DNA of 64,000 nucleotides, taken from Eledone cirrhosa. Taxonomy: Eukaryota. Shown one piece after another: positions 24,162 to 40,391 of this stretch (position 1 is the first letter of the stretch; every line of letters begins with the position of its first letter). The notes below the pieces were generated by a model. The model did not search any database, had not been told where the DNA came from, and saw only the letters and a program-made list of their open reading frames with translations. Location: assembly GCA_964016885.1 (NCBI GenBank), contig OZ024740.1, forward strand, positions 348,936,001 to 349,000,000. Direction: 5' to 3'. The position numbers and the translations under genes are program-made.

Positions 24162-25795
24162 ATGTATGTAATTTATATACAAATTACATGAAGAAATATA
24201 TATATTCTACACAAGGATAGATACATGTATAGATACATACAAAGGTGTCCAACCAATATTATGTTTTTCTCTATGAAAGAATTAACAAAGATCAACACAT
24301 TCAGAGATTTAAAAAATCAACCAAGAAAAACAAGATATGTAACAAATCTTTACTTACGTGCTTTAATGTCCCTACTGCAGTTTCTTTGAGAAAATAACGA
24401 TTACTCTGATCAATCTCAAATCATGAGGAGACTTTCTCAGTCCAGAAAGAAATTTCAATTTCAACACATAAATACCTCACTGCTCGCTGTCAGTGTAATC
24501 TATTGTTTGTATGTTATTATTTTGTAGAACAAGATCTGAAATATGAAGTATTTAATATGTAACTAAGAGTGTATCGACTATCGGTATATAAAAAATTTAC
24601 CATAAAGACTTTTTACTACAATACGTTGTACTGTAAATAATATGTTAGATCTAATGGGTAAATTTTATGTCGTCATTTTCAAACAATTATTCATAAGGAT
24701 TTCTTTTGTCACTCAATTTTTATTTTTTATTCATAGTCTACGTTATTGAAGGAAAGAACAAATCGTATAATATATATTTATATTTCCTCTTATTTACGAT
24801 GTTCTCAACGTTTACAAAAGAACAGTACGATTATATCTTATTCACAACGTGAATCCAAACACAACATTATATAGAATTAATGAATCTAGAAGAAATGATG
24901 TTGTATTTCGTATATAAACACTGACTAATAAAACATTTCGACTGAATTTAGAATGTAACACTGATTTCAAAGATCTTTTATAAATGAAGTCAACAAATCT
25001 CTGACTGTTGCATAATTTAAAATAACTATGTCTCCGTTTGTAACTAGAATTGCTTATATAAAAAATACCACATATCTCCAGCACATCTCAAGTTTCCATA
25101 ATTTCTTATATTTACATTTGTTTTCTCGAACATCCTTCGAACATACGCAGGAGGAAATATTTTAGCAGAAGCTATGTTTTCTCAATAACATGATTATCAT
25201 AGTTCCTATCAAATTGATATTTATATCGACAGTAATCTAGTTTTCTTACATTGGATTAATATTTTCTTTCTTACAGGGCTTTATCCAGATTTTAATCCTG
25301 ATGTTCAACTACATCTTCATCACGTCTTCGGCACCAATCCAGGGGCAATGTGAAATACCAACTGATTTGAAAGTCCGCTACGAGAGTTTATTTAGTGCAG
25401 CCATTGGCAACAATTTCTTTCTACCGGCTGAAATGGCTCCAGCAGAAAGTAATCATCCTATACTCACAGACGGAGATAAAACTTGTCCAACATCTGCTGT
25501 TTCCTCTGATATCATCAGTGAACGTTCAACTTGCCCTTGGTACCTGAGGATTACCCATAATTCAACAGTCTTCCCTCCATCACGTACAGAAGTAGTGTGT
25601 CGTTGTACAGACTGTCTAGATACTGACAACAATCACCAATGTGTGGCAGTGTATACTAAAATGACAGTCCTCAAACGTACAGATAAATGTGTTGATGGAC
25701 TGTATGTGTATAGTCCAAGTGTAATAGATGTGGCAACAGCCTGTGTTTGTGCACGGAAAGTTGATGTGACAACTGAGGGAAATGGAAACGATTAA
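22938..25795 (+). CDS. IL17: Interleukin-17-like cytokine, copy 3 (exon 1 22938-22949, exon 2 25277-25795; 176 aa)
   Basis: Same motifs. MNIK|GFIQILILMFNY; TATA-like box retained upstream; ends ND*. Confidence 0.92.
23085..23572 (+). mobile_element. RTE-clade LINE 3' fragment inside (TA)n of the copy 3 intron
   Basis: YASETW, RFAGHILR and GRPRKTW motifs with an (ACTAAG)n tail. Confidence 0.88.
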
Positions 25796-28700
25796 GAGTC
25801 GTAAAGCAATCAACTACCAACTTTTAAACTGCGATGTAACGCGAAGGTTTCTCATAATATTATGAATATTTGTTGGCCACCATGTGGTTATTATGATATT
25901 TTAATATTTTTTTACTTCTTTTATCAATATATATCACAAATATTTGTATATTTAAGACAATTAACAAGTACTAGGAATATAGGAAGGTGTTTTTAATCAG
26001 TAATGATATACTTTTCATAGATTGCAATTGTGCCTTTGTAAATCATAAATATATATGGTATTATGTATAAAGTTGAAATCATTATATTACAAAGTATTTA
26101 AATTCACCGGCCAGAATTATTTACATTGAAATATTATAAGCGTAAATAATGTTTTTTTTATTTACATATATATTTCCACATAAAATCAAATCATATATGG
26201 CTGTATAGTTTTATAATTAGATTTTTAATCACAAATAATCTGTAATAAATTAAAATTATTATTGTATATGTGTCGTATAATGGACATGCTTATATTTTCT
26301 TTCGTTGTATGTATTTATATTTACATATCATTTATTACATTTAAATAAAAACATGAAACATTTTGTAATTTGCAGTTTTGTGTTAAAAGTTTCCACTTTT
26401 ATTTCATTGAATCTCATTTATATGACACTAATTTCTTCATGTTTGAATTGATTTGGAAGACTTTCATGTTGCAGTCAATTCAAGTTGAACGTGTATATTC
26501 TATGTTGTAATTTAGTCATTTTACCAGATACAAATTAATAAGTAACACGAGTAATTTATTCGTGTCATATACATATATAAACATATTAGACTTGTATATG
26601 AAAGCATATATTATGATTATGAAAAATAAATAAATGAGAGATTCGCTCTCAAATATATTCGCTCTCAAATATTTTTTTGTTTTTTTATATGAAGTTAATA
26701 TGTCACAGATAACTCAGTAGATGTTGAGAATGCGAGACAGCTGTTTCAGGAGTCGTTAATCTCTCATCAGTGACATCAACTGTACTGAGATGAAAATAGA
26801 CGAGAGCCTTTATAGATTATGCGTAGTGAGCATTTGGTGCAGTTACACATTTACGTATAGTAAATTGCACACATAGGCTGCAAATGCTTATTTGCATATC
26901 ATTCGAAATAGGCTGGCAGTAATACTTACATAGCGTTAAGCATACTAGGGTTATGTATAAATGTATACATTATATATTTGTCTACAATAAACATACGCCA
27001 GTTCTGTAAATATGTAAATACTAACTATGACCTGTGTTATTCTTCGAGTAAGTACCATGAGAATCAACCAACAATATACTTCAAGCGTGTGACGATAGTT
27101 ATCGTTATATGGATATGATATATTTTAAATGGATTTTCCATATATAAAATATCGTTTGAGCCTTTCTTTCTTTGAAAAATGGCACCAGGTGCATTACTGA
27201 TATGTTAACCCTTTTGCATTTAAAGCAGCCAAAATTCACTCACCTTTATCTTTTCAAACCAGCTGTAACTGGTCACTCATACTATTGTTTGTAACTAAAG
27301 CCGTTACCATGAAAATATAATAATATATAGAGAGTCATGTAAATGCAGAGTAAAAATAGATTTTCGTTTCATTCTTCATAAAACGATAATTGGAATCCAT
27401 CCATTTATTTGCTATTAATTCTGGATAGGCATGTTAGAAATGATCTTGAAGACAGACTTTCACACTTGTTCTTCATATGTGTACAGGTCTATGTCAATTA
27501 TCCACCCTTATAATTATAATTTTGCTACCTCATTAGAAAATGCATGCTGATGTACTCGTTTAAACATTCTCCTTGGTACTCTCTTCCGTATAGATCGTCT
27601 GGCTTAATAGATATCTATGTACTTGTTAGCGTATAGATCTTTTAGGCATAATGTGATATAAATTACAGAGCGTTCTTACTTTCCATTTTTATTCAATATA
27701 TTTTGGTTATGACTGTCTGTAATTCATGGTTTTCAAAAGCCATTGGAAATGCCTGCTGAAGGACATATCTTTATAAATCGTTCAGTCATTACTTTCGAGT
27801 AACCTGTCAACAACGGCCATTTATCGTGGAATGGATGAATGTCGCAGAGAGAACGTGGGCTTCAGCTGAGGGTGATCTTAACTGTCCATATCTAAGGGTG
27901 ATGCTGTCGGACATTAAAGTGTTCCTTTTACCCAAACAATCCAGTGCAAAATCATTGACGCCGGGATGAAATATCGCGACAGGAAGGCTACCTATGACGA
28001 GATAGAAATATTGTCTTAATATTGCTTAGACACTTATAACCACACAGTCGGACGTGATAGCAACGTCCTGGGCATTTCTAGCAATACGAATAGAGAAGTG
28101 TTTCAGACATAAGTGTTTCAGATAGCTTCTGCACATCATTTACACTGAGAAGACAGAAATCACTCCATGCTACTGTGTAAAATCAGGAATTCACCAAGTA
28201 TCTTACCACGAAAACCAGCATTAAACCATCATTCAGAACACGTTTATTAGAAATCAAAGACAGTACTAACTAAATTCTGGTTCAATAGCACAAAAAACTG
28301 CACATGTCACAACACCGAAACCAATCTATGCATGTCGGCAAATAGAGATCAGTAGTGACGGTCGCTCTAAACATATTTTGAATTGTACCTTTACGACTGG
28401 CTGTAATAGTTGCTATAACTAGAGAATAATGATAAAGATGTTTAGTTATTATATATTATATTTTGACTTCAGGTTTTACACTTTTGATTTATTTCCTTCT
28501 CATCTAAATGTTTGTCATCATTTTAAGTTGTGCTTTACATATACATTTAAGTTTCCTTATTAAACAAACAGTTACCGTTTGTCTTCTAAAACTATTGAAC
28601 GTGCCTCTGCTGCTATATTCTGTAATTATATGTTAAGGATTCAGATCCCTTTTCAAAGATTTTTGATATTCTGTCTAAACACTAGGACGTCAATGTAATA

Positions 28701-29740
28701 AACTGCTCATCCATTTGATTACAGTGAAGCTGTACATTATTACATATGCGGCCAGTGTATTGATACCTACTGTGTTATATCAAGCACGTGTTTATTTTTA
28801 ATCGTTGTCTGACTATGGTTTAAACAATAATTGTTTCTACTTTAGGCACAAGGCGAGCAATTACCCATAGCATTACTGGTACTTTATTTTATCGACCCCG
28901 TAAGGATGAAAGGCAAAGTCAACCTCGGCGGGATTTGAACTCAGATCGTAAAGGGATGTAACTATGCTGGAAAGCATGGCGTCCGACCCTCTACCGAGAC
29001 TGCCAACAAGCAGTCTACAGACTAGAAATAATGAATCCCAGCATATTTATTCGTATGTCACCAATTTATCATCCATTCTATGTTGCCGTAAGAATGGAAT
29101 ATTCACCTAATGGTATCATCATATTAACAAAGAAGACTCGAATTAAAATATTTGATATAATTGAACGTTGTCAATTCATTTCCAGACTAAAAATATATAT
29201 TTTCAGTTTACACCAATATGATAAAGAAATGTGTTCTAGTGTTATTAGAAGGGATATTTAATCAATGCTTACACTGGGCACGAAATAAAATTCAAATGAT
29301 ATTTTTAATTTTTTGCAAGCCCAGCTCTAACTCGCTCGGTAGGCAAATGAGGCTATAATAATTTAAATACATTCCATATTATTTGTGAAACATATATATA
29401 TATATTAATAAAAGGAATTCCAACTTTGTCTGATTTACTCGTTTTATTTACAATCCTTTAAAATTTATATTGGTATTAGAATGATGACAGTCAAGTTTGG
29501 AATTTTCAACTGTGAAAATTGCAAACTTGACTGTCACCACAGAATATGAACCTGAAGATTGCGAAAGCATGAAAGTACTTGTTCAATTAACACTTAACAT
29601 TTAATAATCTACCATACTATTTCATTCTAATACCATTATAAATTTTAAAGGATTGTAAATAAAACGAGTAAATGAGACAAAGTTGGAATTCCTTTTATTA
29701 ATATAATCTTCTATACACAATCATACACACCCGTGTATAT

Positions 29741-29800
<60 letters not shown>

Positions 29801-30051
29801 TTATCTATCTATCTATCAAATCTAGCTGTCGTCTGTTCTACAGCGTAGATGTAATTCACTTCGCGCAGAAGTTTTTTTCAAATTTATTGCGGAAATTTTG
29901 TAAGTTCAATTTTAATTTTGATACTAGTGTGTAGCTTGACCCCCCGTCTGAACTGTCAGGTGGTGGGTCAGTTCATCTTTGCTCCTCCCGGGGGTGAAAA
30001 ACCTGTTTTTAAAAATTTTGTGGCATAAAAAATTTCAATCGTCTGACAGAA

Positions 30052-31957
30052 ATGTTAAACGAAGCTAACGAAAATAGTGGTGGGGGGACAGCGGTAAGAG
30101 TTGTAAGCTCGCACGCTTTAGTCCCCCCTTCCTTCCCAACTAACGTCATAGAGAAGGAAAGAAAATATAAAATAAAAACAGACGAATCTGCGGAGAAAAA
30201 TGACGAAAACACAAATCTGGACATTGATTCCAACAACGAAAAAAAAAAATTTGAAAAATTGCATGACAATATTAATACCCCAAACAAAGACACGACAAAC
30301 ACAAAAATAACATTTGAAAACAACATCATAACAGAAAGCAAGCAGACGACAAAGTCAACACCAATAATATTTCATTTGCACAAACAACAAAGAAATCTTT
30401 GACATATATACCTGAAAATATTTCAGATGTGGCACAAAGAATTACAGACGCCAAACAATACATAACTGAAGGGGAAAATGGTATTTTATCGGTAAAAATG
30501 CCTCAAGAACTCACCAAAGACATTGAAAGTCGGACGGTCGTTTTCCTTACCATCAACAACATTTCTAAAAAACCTCAACAGCCAACACAAACAGAAATCA
30601 AAGCAGTACTTACAGAAGTACTTAATGAAACCACTTTCATAAGAAGAGACAGACTGTATGGAAGCCTAGCGATTATTATGAAGAACGAATCGGCGGCAAA
30701 AAAAGGTGCTTTGTCACCGATTCGTTCGACAAATTTTACCTTTTATCCATCTTATATGGGTAAAAGAACTCAGCGCATATGGCTGGATGCAATGATGCCA
30801 GATGTGGACTACTGCTGGCTCATAGCGGCTTCATCGATCCAGCGAATGACAACGTGATTTCCATTGGGAAAACCACAGGCAATGCGTTCAGTGGAACAGG
30901 TATAGAACTTGTAGTGCAAATGAAGCCTGAACGCATCGCCCAAATACCCGACAGAATCCTATTAGAGGGCCACGGGTATATAAACATTAGCGTGGAGGGG
31001 AGAAGGCCGTCCTGTCATATCTGTGCAGGCAGAGGGCACCTGAAGGCGGCTTGTCCCCAACTCAACAAAAAGAAAACCCTGCTACCAACACCAACTCCAC
31101 CACCACCACAACAGATAAACAAACAACAAAACTCAATCCCACCCAACCCGTCCCTCAGTAAAACTACACCACCACCACAACGCAAACAGTCACAACACAT
31201 TACCCAAAAACAAAATACAGTCCCACCCAACCCCTCACTCAATAAAACAAGACAACCACCGCAGCCACAACACACAACACAGTCTAACATAGTGACATCC
31301 ATGTCCCCCACAAAGAAAACCAACACGGAAACATTACCAGCAAACATACATCTTCCCTCCAACACTGAAGATAACCCAACGAATTCGGAGGAAGAAACGG
31401 AGTCCTTCAGACAGATTAAAAGGAAAAAAAGAAAACATGTGCAAAACACACAAGGACAAACAACCCCCACCCAAATCTCAACACAATCCAACAAAACAGA
31501 AAACACCCCTCCAGCAACAAACAAAACCAAACCTGCCCCTCCCCTCTTCGAAACACTCACACCATCCGAAAAAAAGACATTACACTATACTTACATCAAC
31601 AGAAACAATAATAAATTAAATGAACTCATATACAATAATCCTTCGGTACAAACCGAAGGTGTAAACTTTGTTTCTTCAGAAAACTACCCACATTTAAAAT
31701 TAATAAAGATCCCAATGAACCTCTACCAAAAACTAAAAAAGGATTTTAAGGAGGACGTAGGACCACCCTCTGTCAAACCCATAAACCGCGTCCTACTAAA
31801 AAACTTTCCCCCTCCCATTCCCCTCCCCAACACAACTCCAAACACCCCAACCCCACCACACACTGACGACCCCACACCACCACAAGACACCCCTTCACCC
31901 AACACCCCCGACCCCATGGAAGTCGTGGGACCCGAACCCCGGGAAGCAGAAAGGTAG
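30052..31957 (+). pseudogene. LINE ORF1 (gag-like, CCHC knuckle CHICAGRGHLKAAC, Pro/Thr-rich tail) broken by two frameshifts
   Basis: Three overlapping ORFs: 30052-30402, 30399-30857 and 30779-31957. Confidence 0.75.
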
Positions 31958-31990
31958 GTCTCTACACTCTCCTTTGGCTTTGCCGCCCAC

Positions 31991-34249
31991 ATGGATGTGT
32001 TAAGAGTAGGATGTTTGAATGCACGTGGCCTGGGCTCAACTTGGAAGCAAGCAAAGCTTCTAAATGACCTCAGGTCACGTGGTATAAATGTAATGGTTAT
32101 CTGTGAGACTCGGATCAGCGTCGTGCGGCAGCTGGCCCCTACCTTCGATGACTTTGAGGTGCATGCATCTCTCTGTCAACCTGGAGGTGGGGGTGGGGTT
32201 GTCGTACTGCTGGAAAAACACCTGGGTCTCGCCGTACAGGTTGTTCACTCGGAACCGGAGGGTCGTTTGTTGGTGCTAGACGTTGGCAGTAGTGAAGGTG
32301 CGGCCTTGATACTGGTCGCCGTCTACTCCCCTTTCGGAGCTGAACGGCCCGACTTCTTCCAGCGTTTGGAAACTTTTATGGGAACGTCGCGTTCCCTGCT
32401 TCTAGCGGGGGATTGGAATTACATCCTAGATGCACGTTGGGACTATGCAGGAGCATGTCCTAATAGAGGGGGGTGTAACAGCCTCAAGGGGTTACTCGAC
32501 CGTTTTAACTTGGTCGATAGATATCGACTAGATTTTCCAACTGTGCCAACCTGGACTTGGACGAACCACAGTGGTCAATCTAGATCGTACTTAGATAGAT
32601 TCTTAGTTAGAAGTAAGGATAGGGACATATTAAGCTGTCCAGAAATTCTCACGGTTGGCTATACGGATTACAAATTAGTGACCTGCGTGGTCAATCTCGA
32701 GAAAACACATAAACAGGGTCCCACTTACTGGAAACTTAATTTGTCTTTACCGGCAAAAGAGACTTACAGAAACCGGATTAGCAGATTAGTTAAGGAGAGT
32801 TTGACGGGTGCAATCGTCAACAACCGATGGTGGGCATCTCTCAAAAGAGAGATTAGAACAGAATCAATAAGTTATAGCAAGATGTTAGCTGCCGATAGGA
32901 ATAGAAACGAGAAAGAATTAACAGGTAAATTAGAAGAGGCAATCAAGAGCGAAGATGTGGCCAGAGTGCTGGCATCGAGGACGGCCTTGAACTGCGTCAT
33001 TCGAAGTAAAATACGTGCTCTAGGTAATGAGGGGGCCAAAGCCATTGGCTGGGCCCGCGTGACAGAAGCTAAGAGTGGAAATCGATCCACCAACCGGTCT
33101 TTGCAAGACGAGAATGGACGGGTGGTCCGGGAGCCTAAGCAGATGTGCGAGGCCTTTCAAAGGCACTTTGCCCGATTATTCGGGGGAGGCGATGGTCCGG
33201 GCGGGGACGTGGATTTCGTTTCGTACCTCGACGGCCTGCCGCGTCTCTCGAGCGAAGAGGCAGAGTCCTGCGAGGGACCAATCTCGGCTGATGAGATCGG
33301 GGATGCGCTGAGCCAATGTAGCAGACGCAAATCTCCAGGTCTCGATGGTATACCTTACGAACTTTATTTAGCAATGCCGGTCTTCTTCTCCGAACTCCTC
33401 GAAGCGGTCTACTGCAATTGGCAGCAGAACGGGAGAATTCCTTGTTCTGTATCCAAGGGCGTAGTCTCGCTGGTGAGGAAGGACGAGAACAAGGGGGATA
33501 GTATAAATAATTTTCGGCCCATAACCCTGCTAAACACAGAGTTAAAGATTTTGGCCAAGGTGTTAGCAAAGAGGTTGGCGCTTGTCGTGGGTGGCCTGGT
33601 GGGAGATGCGCAGACATGTACTATCTCATCCAGGTCCATTCACGATAACCTCCACCTCATACGATACATCATAGAGAGGGTTGGCAACAAACCCGGCTTC
33701 AGTGGGGCCCTGATCAACTTAGATCAGTCTAAGGCCTTCGATAGGGTCGACCATGGTTACCTCGATGCGGTGCTAGTGGCGGCTGGGTTCGGTCCTGTTT
33801 TCAGAGGCTGGATCACTGCCTTACATAGCAACCACATCTGTTCTAGGATCAAGGTGAACGGCTACCTTTCGAAGCCGTTCGAAATCACACGATCCATTCG
33901 ACAGGTGAGCCCTCTCTCCTCCCTTCTGTACGTATTGACTCTCGAGCCTTTACTGAGGAAGTTGGAGTTGTTGCAGGGTATCCCCCTGGAACCAGGATTG
34001 AGCAAAGCGGTGTCGGCCTACGCCGATGACGTAACAGTAATGGTATCAACCGACTCGGAGATCGAGGCGATCGGTACCTTACTGGAGGATTACGAAAGGT
34101 TGTCAGGAGCGAAACTGAACCGGGAAAAATCCATCGGGCTGCAACTCGGAACGTGGAGAGGCAGACCGGATCTTTGCCCTTTTTACTCGATTTCATGTAA
34201 ACTCCCCCTTTGTATTTGTCCCTTCTTTTTATGCCTATATGGTAAATAA
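31991..34249 (+). CDS. LINE ORF2: APE endonuclease plus reverse transcriptase, C-terminally deleted
   Basis: LNARGL, CET, GDWN, YLDRF, KSPGLDG, FRPITLLN, LDQSKAFDRV and YADD motifs. SDH is replaced by TDY and RQG by RQV, so it is probably inactive. Confidence 0.88.
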   Translation: MDVLRVGCLNARGLGSTWKQAKLLNDLRSRGINVMVICETRISVVRQLAPTFDDFEVHASLCQPGGGGGVVVLLEKHLGLAVQVVHSEPEGRLLVLDVGSSEGAALILVAVYSPFGAERPDFFQRLETFMGTSRSLLLAGDWNYILDARWDYAGACPNRGGCNSLKGLLDRFNLVDRYRLDFPTVPTWTWTNHSGQSRSYLDRFLVRSKDRDILSCPEILTVGYTDYKLVTCVVNLEKTHKQGPTYWKLNLSLPAKETYRNRISRLVKESLTGAIVNNRWWASLKREIRTESISYSKMLAADRNRNEKELTGKLEEAIKSEDVARVLASRTALNCVIRSKIRALGNEGAKAIGWARVTEAKSGNRSTNRSLQDENGRVVREPKQMCEAFQRHFARLFGGGDGPGGDVDFVSYLDGLPRLSSEEAESCEGPISADEIGDALSQCSRRKSPGLDGIPYELYLAMPVFFSELLEAVYCNWQQNGRIPCSVSKGVVSLVRKDENKGDSINNFRPITLLNTELKILAKVLAKRLALVVGGLVGDAQTCTISSRSIHDNLHLIRYIIERVGNKPGFSGALINLDQSKAFDRVDHGYLDAVLVAAGFGPVFRGWITALHSNHICSRIKVNGYLSKPFEITRSIRQVSPLSSLLYVLTLEPLLRKLELLQGIPLEPGLSKAVSAYADDVTVMVSTDSEIEAIGTLLEDYERLSGAKLNREKSIGLQLGTWRGRPDLCPFYSISCKLPLCICPFFLCLYGK

Positions 34250-34286
34250 AGAAATATATTTATCTATCTCTCTATCTATCTAGCTA

Positions 34287-34318
<32 letters not shown>

Positions 34319-34355
34319 GATAGATATGTGTGTGTGTGTGTTGGGGGGGGGGGGG

Positions 34356-34393
<38 letters not shown>

Positions 34394-35550
34394 CCCGGGA
34401 GAGATGACCACTTAGCCTTTGTCAAGGCAGAATTCTAGCAGAAGGAAAACTCTGATGTAACACCTGCAACTCTGATGGTATCCAATGATGTTGACATGTT
34501 CTTCTTTTTGGTAAATATCATCTTGGTTAAGAGAGTGGGACTGGCTTTGTGCAGTGCCTTTGCTCACTATAAAAGCTTCACGGCACAGGCATTGCTTTAT
34601 ATCTGGAGATCTATCTGCACTTGTCGTCACATGGTACCATGGGCCCAGCATTGTGTGTCAATAATTGTCACAAGTGTAGTGTTTGTACCAGAGTTTTCAA
34701 GTCGCTGGCTGGACTAAAAAGTCACACTCGTTCAGCTCATCGGTAGGAGTTCTCCTACAAGGATATAAAGTAGTGGCCGTACTCGAAAACGAGTTGGCAG
34801 CCACCATATATGTATGTATGTATGTATATCAGGTCACCAGTTGGTGCTACTGGTAACATGTATCCCAGTACAACATGTCTCATGGTCGGGTCGTTAGCGA
34901 CTAAACTGGCAACCCACCAAGATTTCTTGGTGAGGAGGGTGACTTTGGACATCCTGCAGGACTAAAAACAAAACCTGTCAAAGGGCAAAGGAATCAATGG
35001 CCATCTAAAATCACCGGGAGAGATGATCACTTAGCCTTTGTCAAGGCAGAATTCTAGGAGAAGGAAAACTCTGATATAACACCTCCAACCCAGAGTTGTA
35101 CCAGAGTTTTCAAGTCGCTGGCTGGACAAAAAAGTCACACTCGTTCAGCGCATCGGTAGGGGTTCTCCTACATGGATATAAAGTAGTGGCCGTACTCGAA
35201 AACGAGTTGGCAGCCACCATGTATGTATATATGTTTATATATCATGTTTTGACAGTATGTAGCCTAGTAGTTTTGCAGCATTTCGATACGTGATTTCTTG
35301 TAAGCTTATTAATATTATCCTTGATGAAGACATTGTCTATTTCTACATCGTTCACTCCGTCATATTGGCTTCTGGTCTTTAAGTATGATTTTAGAAAACT
35401 ACCTTTTTTGATGTTCTTCATAAGCTCATTTATTTTGTGAAAATCTAGGAAGCTTAATTTACTCTCTTGCCTATGTATACTCTCTTTGAAAATGATCTGA
35501 TCCGGCAGAAGATTTTCTACTGTGTCTTATTTAAAGGCATTATTTCAACT

Positions 35551-36005
35551 GCGGTGGATTGGCAGTATCGGTAGAGGGTCGGACGCCATGCTTTCAAGCA
35601 TAGTTACGTCCCTTTATGATCTGAGTTCAAATCACGCCGAGGTTGACTTTGCCTTTCATCCTTACGGGGTCGATAAGATAAAGTACCAGTAGTGCAATGG
35701 ATAATTGCTGGCCTTGTGCCTAAAGTAGAAACAATTATTTCAACTGCGGTGGATCGGCAGTATCAGCAGAGGGTCGGACGCCATGCTTTGACGCATAGAG
35801 ATACGTCCCTTTCCATTCTGAGTTCAAATACCGTCGAGGTTAACTTTGCCTTTCATCCTTACGGGGTCGATAAAATAAAGTACCAGTAATGCACTGGGTA
35901 ATTGCTGACCTTGTTCCCAAAGAGAGAAACAATTATTTCAACTGCAAAGCACCAGTAATGCACTGGAATAATTGCTGGCCTTGTGCCAGGAGATGAAACG
36001 ATTAT
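35551..36005 (+). mobile_element. Two tandem SINE copies plus a duplicated tail
   Basis: Units separated by ATTATTTCAACTGC direct repeats. Confidence 0.85.
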
Positions 36006-37333
36006 TTCAACAGCTTTCATAATACGTCTCTGCTGTTTGTCCTTTCATTATACATTGTAGCCACAGATATAATTTCTCAATGCGGTGGGGGAGATGGCTG
36101 GTCCTAACGTATGTCTATAATCTTCTACATACACATCCTATCGAATCACGTTACAGCAAATACTTCCAAGAAAGCATATGTCGCTAGCTTCTGTTCGTGA
36201 TTATATACTTTCGGTCAACTTTCGTGATGTTTACGCACATCTAAGGTAAAATTAGGCGCAATTGATGGAGCTCGACAGACAAATTGAAGGATGTCGAATT
36301 ACTATTATTTATCGGAAGATAAATACTAAGGCATTCGTATAAAGACTTTAGAGCAACAAGAAGCTTTCTATCAACCCGATACTATTCTAGGAACTTCAAC
36401 AAGAGATAACCTGGAAGGCGATCTTATGCCTTTTTGAACAGAAGCAGAAAGCCTTTTGAAATATTCCCATGGATTCTCAAAGAGATGCCACAGAGTGAAT
36501 ATTTGGTCGGCTCTACTACGTCCGCAGCAGAAAGCACACTGTCCGTCAGCCAGCTTCGACACAACATGGCTACAACTCTTTTCCCGACACGTAACTTCTA
36601 ACATGACCCAGTAGAAGAAGAAGAAGAAGAAGAAGAAGAAGAAGAAGAAGAAGAAGAAGAAGAAGAAGAAGAAGGATGAGGAGGAGGGATAGAAGGAGGA
36701 GGAGGGGGAGGAGGAGAAGAAGAAGAAGAAGAAGAAGAAGAAGAAGAAGAAGAAGAAGAAGAAGAAGAAGAAGAAGAAGAAGAGGAAAGAAGGAGGAGGA
36801 GGGGGGGAGAAGAAGAAGAAGAAGAAGAAGAAGAAGAAGAAGAAGAAGAAGAAGAAGAAGAAGAAGAAGAAAAAGATACATTTTATATTATTTGTCAACA
36901 GTTATTCCGAAATGAAGATACTTTTTCTTTCAAGACGAAAACCTCTTCTAAAAAAACCCGTTTATTTTGCCAGGTCTTAGGTACGGTTGATTACAATGAA
37001 GCAACATTTTTTGTTATATTTAAAAATAGAAAAAGTACATTTGACGAAAAATACTGTTAACGAAAATGTACTAATAATAGAACTATTGTTGAGAAATAAA
37101 TATGTTTTAAGCTACATGTCTATAAATTAAATCTACTTTACCACTAAACACACCTTAAAAGAAATAGGATTGTGTGTCCTGGTAAAGTTAACTCCTCCCA
37201 TACAGGAACTATTAGTAGCTATATAGGTCATATAATATTTGTATAATTCTTACAACTGATACGATAACACTAGATTCATTCCCACACCAGATGTGTATTA
37301 GTTCCGTCCGAATGTCATCCATTCATAAATTCA

Positions 37334-37388
37334 AATGTGGAAGGTCATATTGAAGTTACTTTTCCGGTTTCAAAAGTTATATATATGT
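37334..37388 (+). promoter_or_regulatory. Putative proximal promoter of IL-17 copy 4 (TATA-like box 37378-37385)
   Basis: Near-identical to the copy 3 promoter block. Confidence 0.55.
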
Positions 37389-37526
37389 GTGTAATCTTAA
37401 GATCAAACATATTAATAAAAGGGTACTTCAGCTGAGCATCGAAAACACCCAGGTTGTATTTGAAAATATATCTTTCGATATCCAAGTTCGAGTTATCTTT
37501 CGATATCCAAGTGGACAAGCAGTATA

Positions 37527-40391
<2,865 letters not shown>

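Larger units (their letters stand above)
29818..34258 (+). mobile_element. Tx1/L1-clade LINE inserted in a (TATC)n microsatellite; internally deleted
   Basis: 5' UTR, frameshifted ORF1, ORF2, short 3' UTR with AATAAA at 34245-34250; (TATC)n on both sides. Confidence 0.9.
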
